DNA of 63,920 nucleotides, the filler included, from Octopus bimaculoides (Eukaryota), in the NCBI RefSeq assembly GCF_001194135.2. It is 5 parts of 4 records of this genome, joined end to end, with 100 filler letters (N's around TTAATTAATTAA, not from the genome) between each part and the next. Parts side by side here need not be neighbours in the genome. Positions count along the whole stretch, not along the records: positions 59,356 to 63,920 come from NC_068996.1; 4 more parts are not named here. One strand, given 5' to 3'. Positions 63,891-63,920 of the stretch are shown here, one piece after another. Every line of letters begins with the position of its first letter. Within the stretch, counting starts at the first letter, position 1. The position numbers and the translations under genes were made by a program. Under the pieces are notes generated by a model that was not told where the DNA came from, ran no database searches, and worked only from the letters and a program-made list of their open reading frames with translations.

Positions 63891-63920
<30 letters not shown>

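Overview
Non-coding, AT-rich, gap-rich metazoan genomic DNA. The SINE families and microsatellite load suggest a cephalopod, probably an Octopus draft assembly (inference from recalled repeat sequences, not a database hit). I could not support any host protein-coding gene; nearly all ORF-track entries are microsatellite or N-gap artefacts. The window holds at least four tRNA-derived SINE families, RTE, R4/Dong-like and Penelope-like retroelement remnants, four Tc1/mariner remnants (one DD37D/maT-type), two TTAA piggyBac-type MITEs, a Helentron/DINE-like element, and a decayed ~1.9-kb hAT (Buster/SPIN/GTF2IRD2-like) transposase at 61.6-63.5 kb. There are also several fold-back inversions and four synthetic 100-bp scaffold spacers (44N-TTAATTAATTAA-44N). 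The most notable hidden signal is a set of minimal type-I hammerhead ribozyme motifs in five unrelated short repeat families. All have a self-complementary stem III and one extra nucleotide after A9. Two families show non-canonical core bases identical in both copies, and one appears joined to a Pol III tRNA-like head and, in another copy, to a Penelope-like RT fragment. Repeat boundaries are approximate unless a TIR or TSD is quoted.
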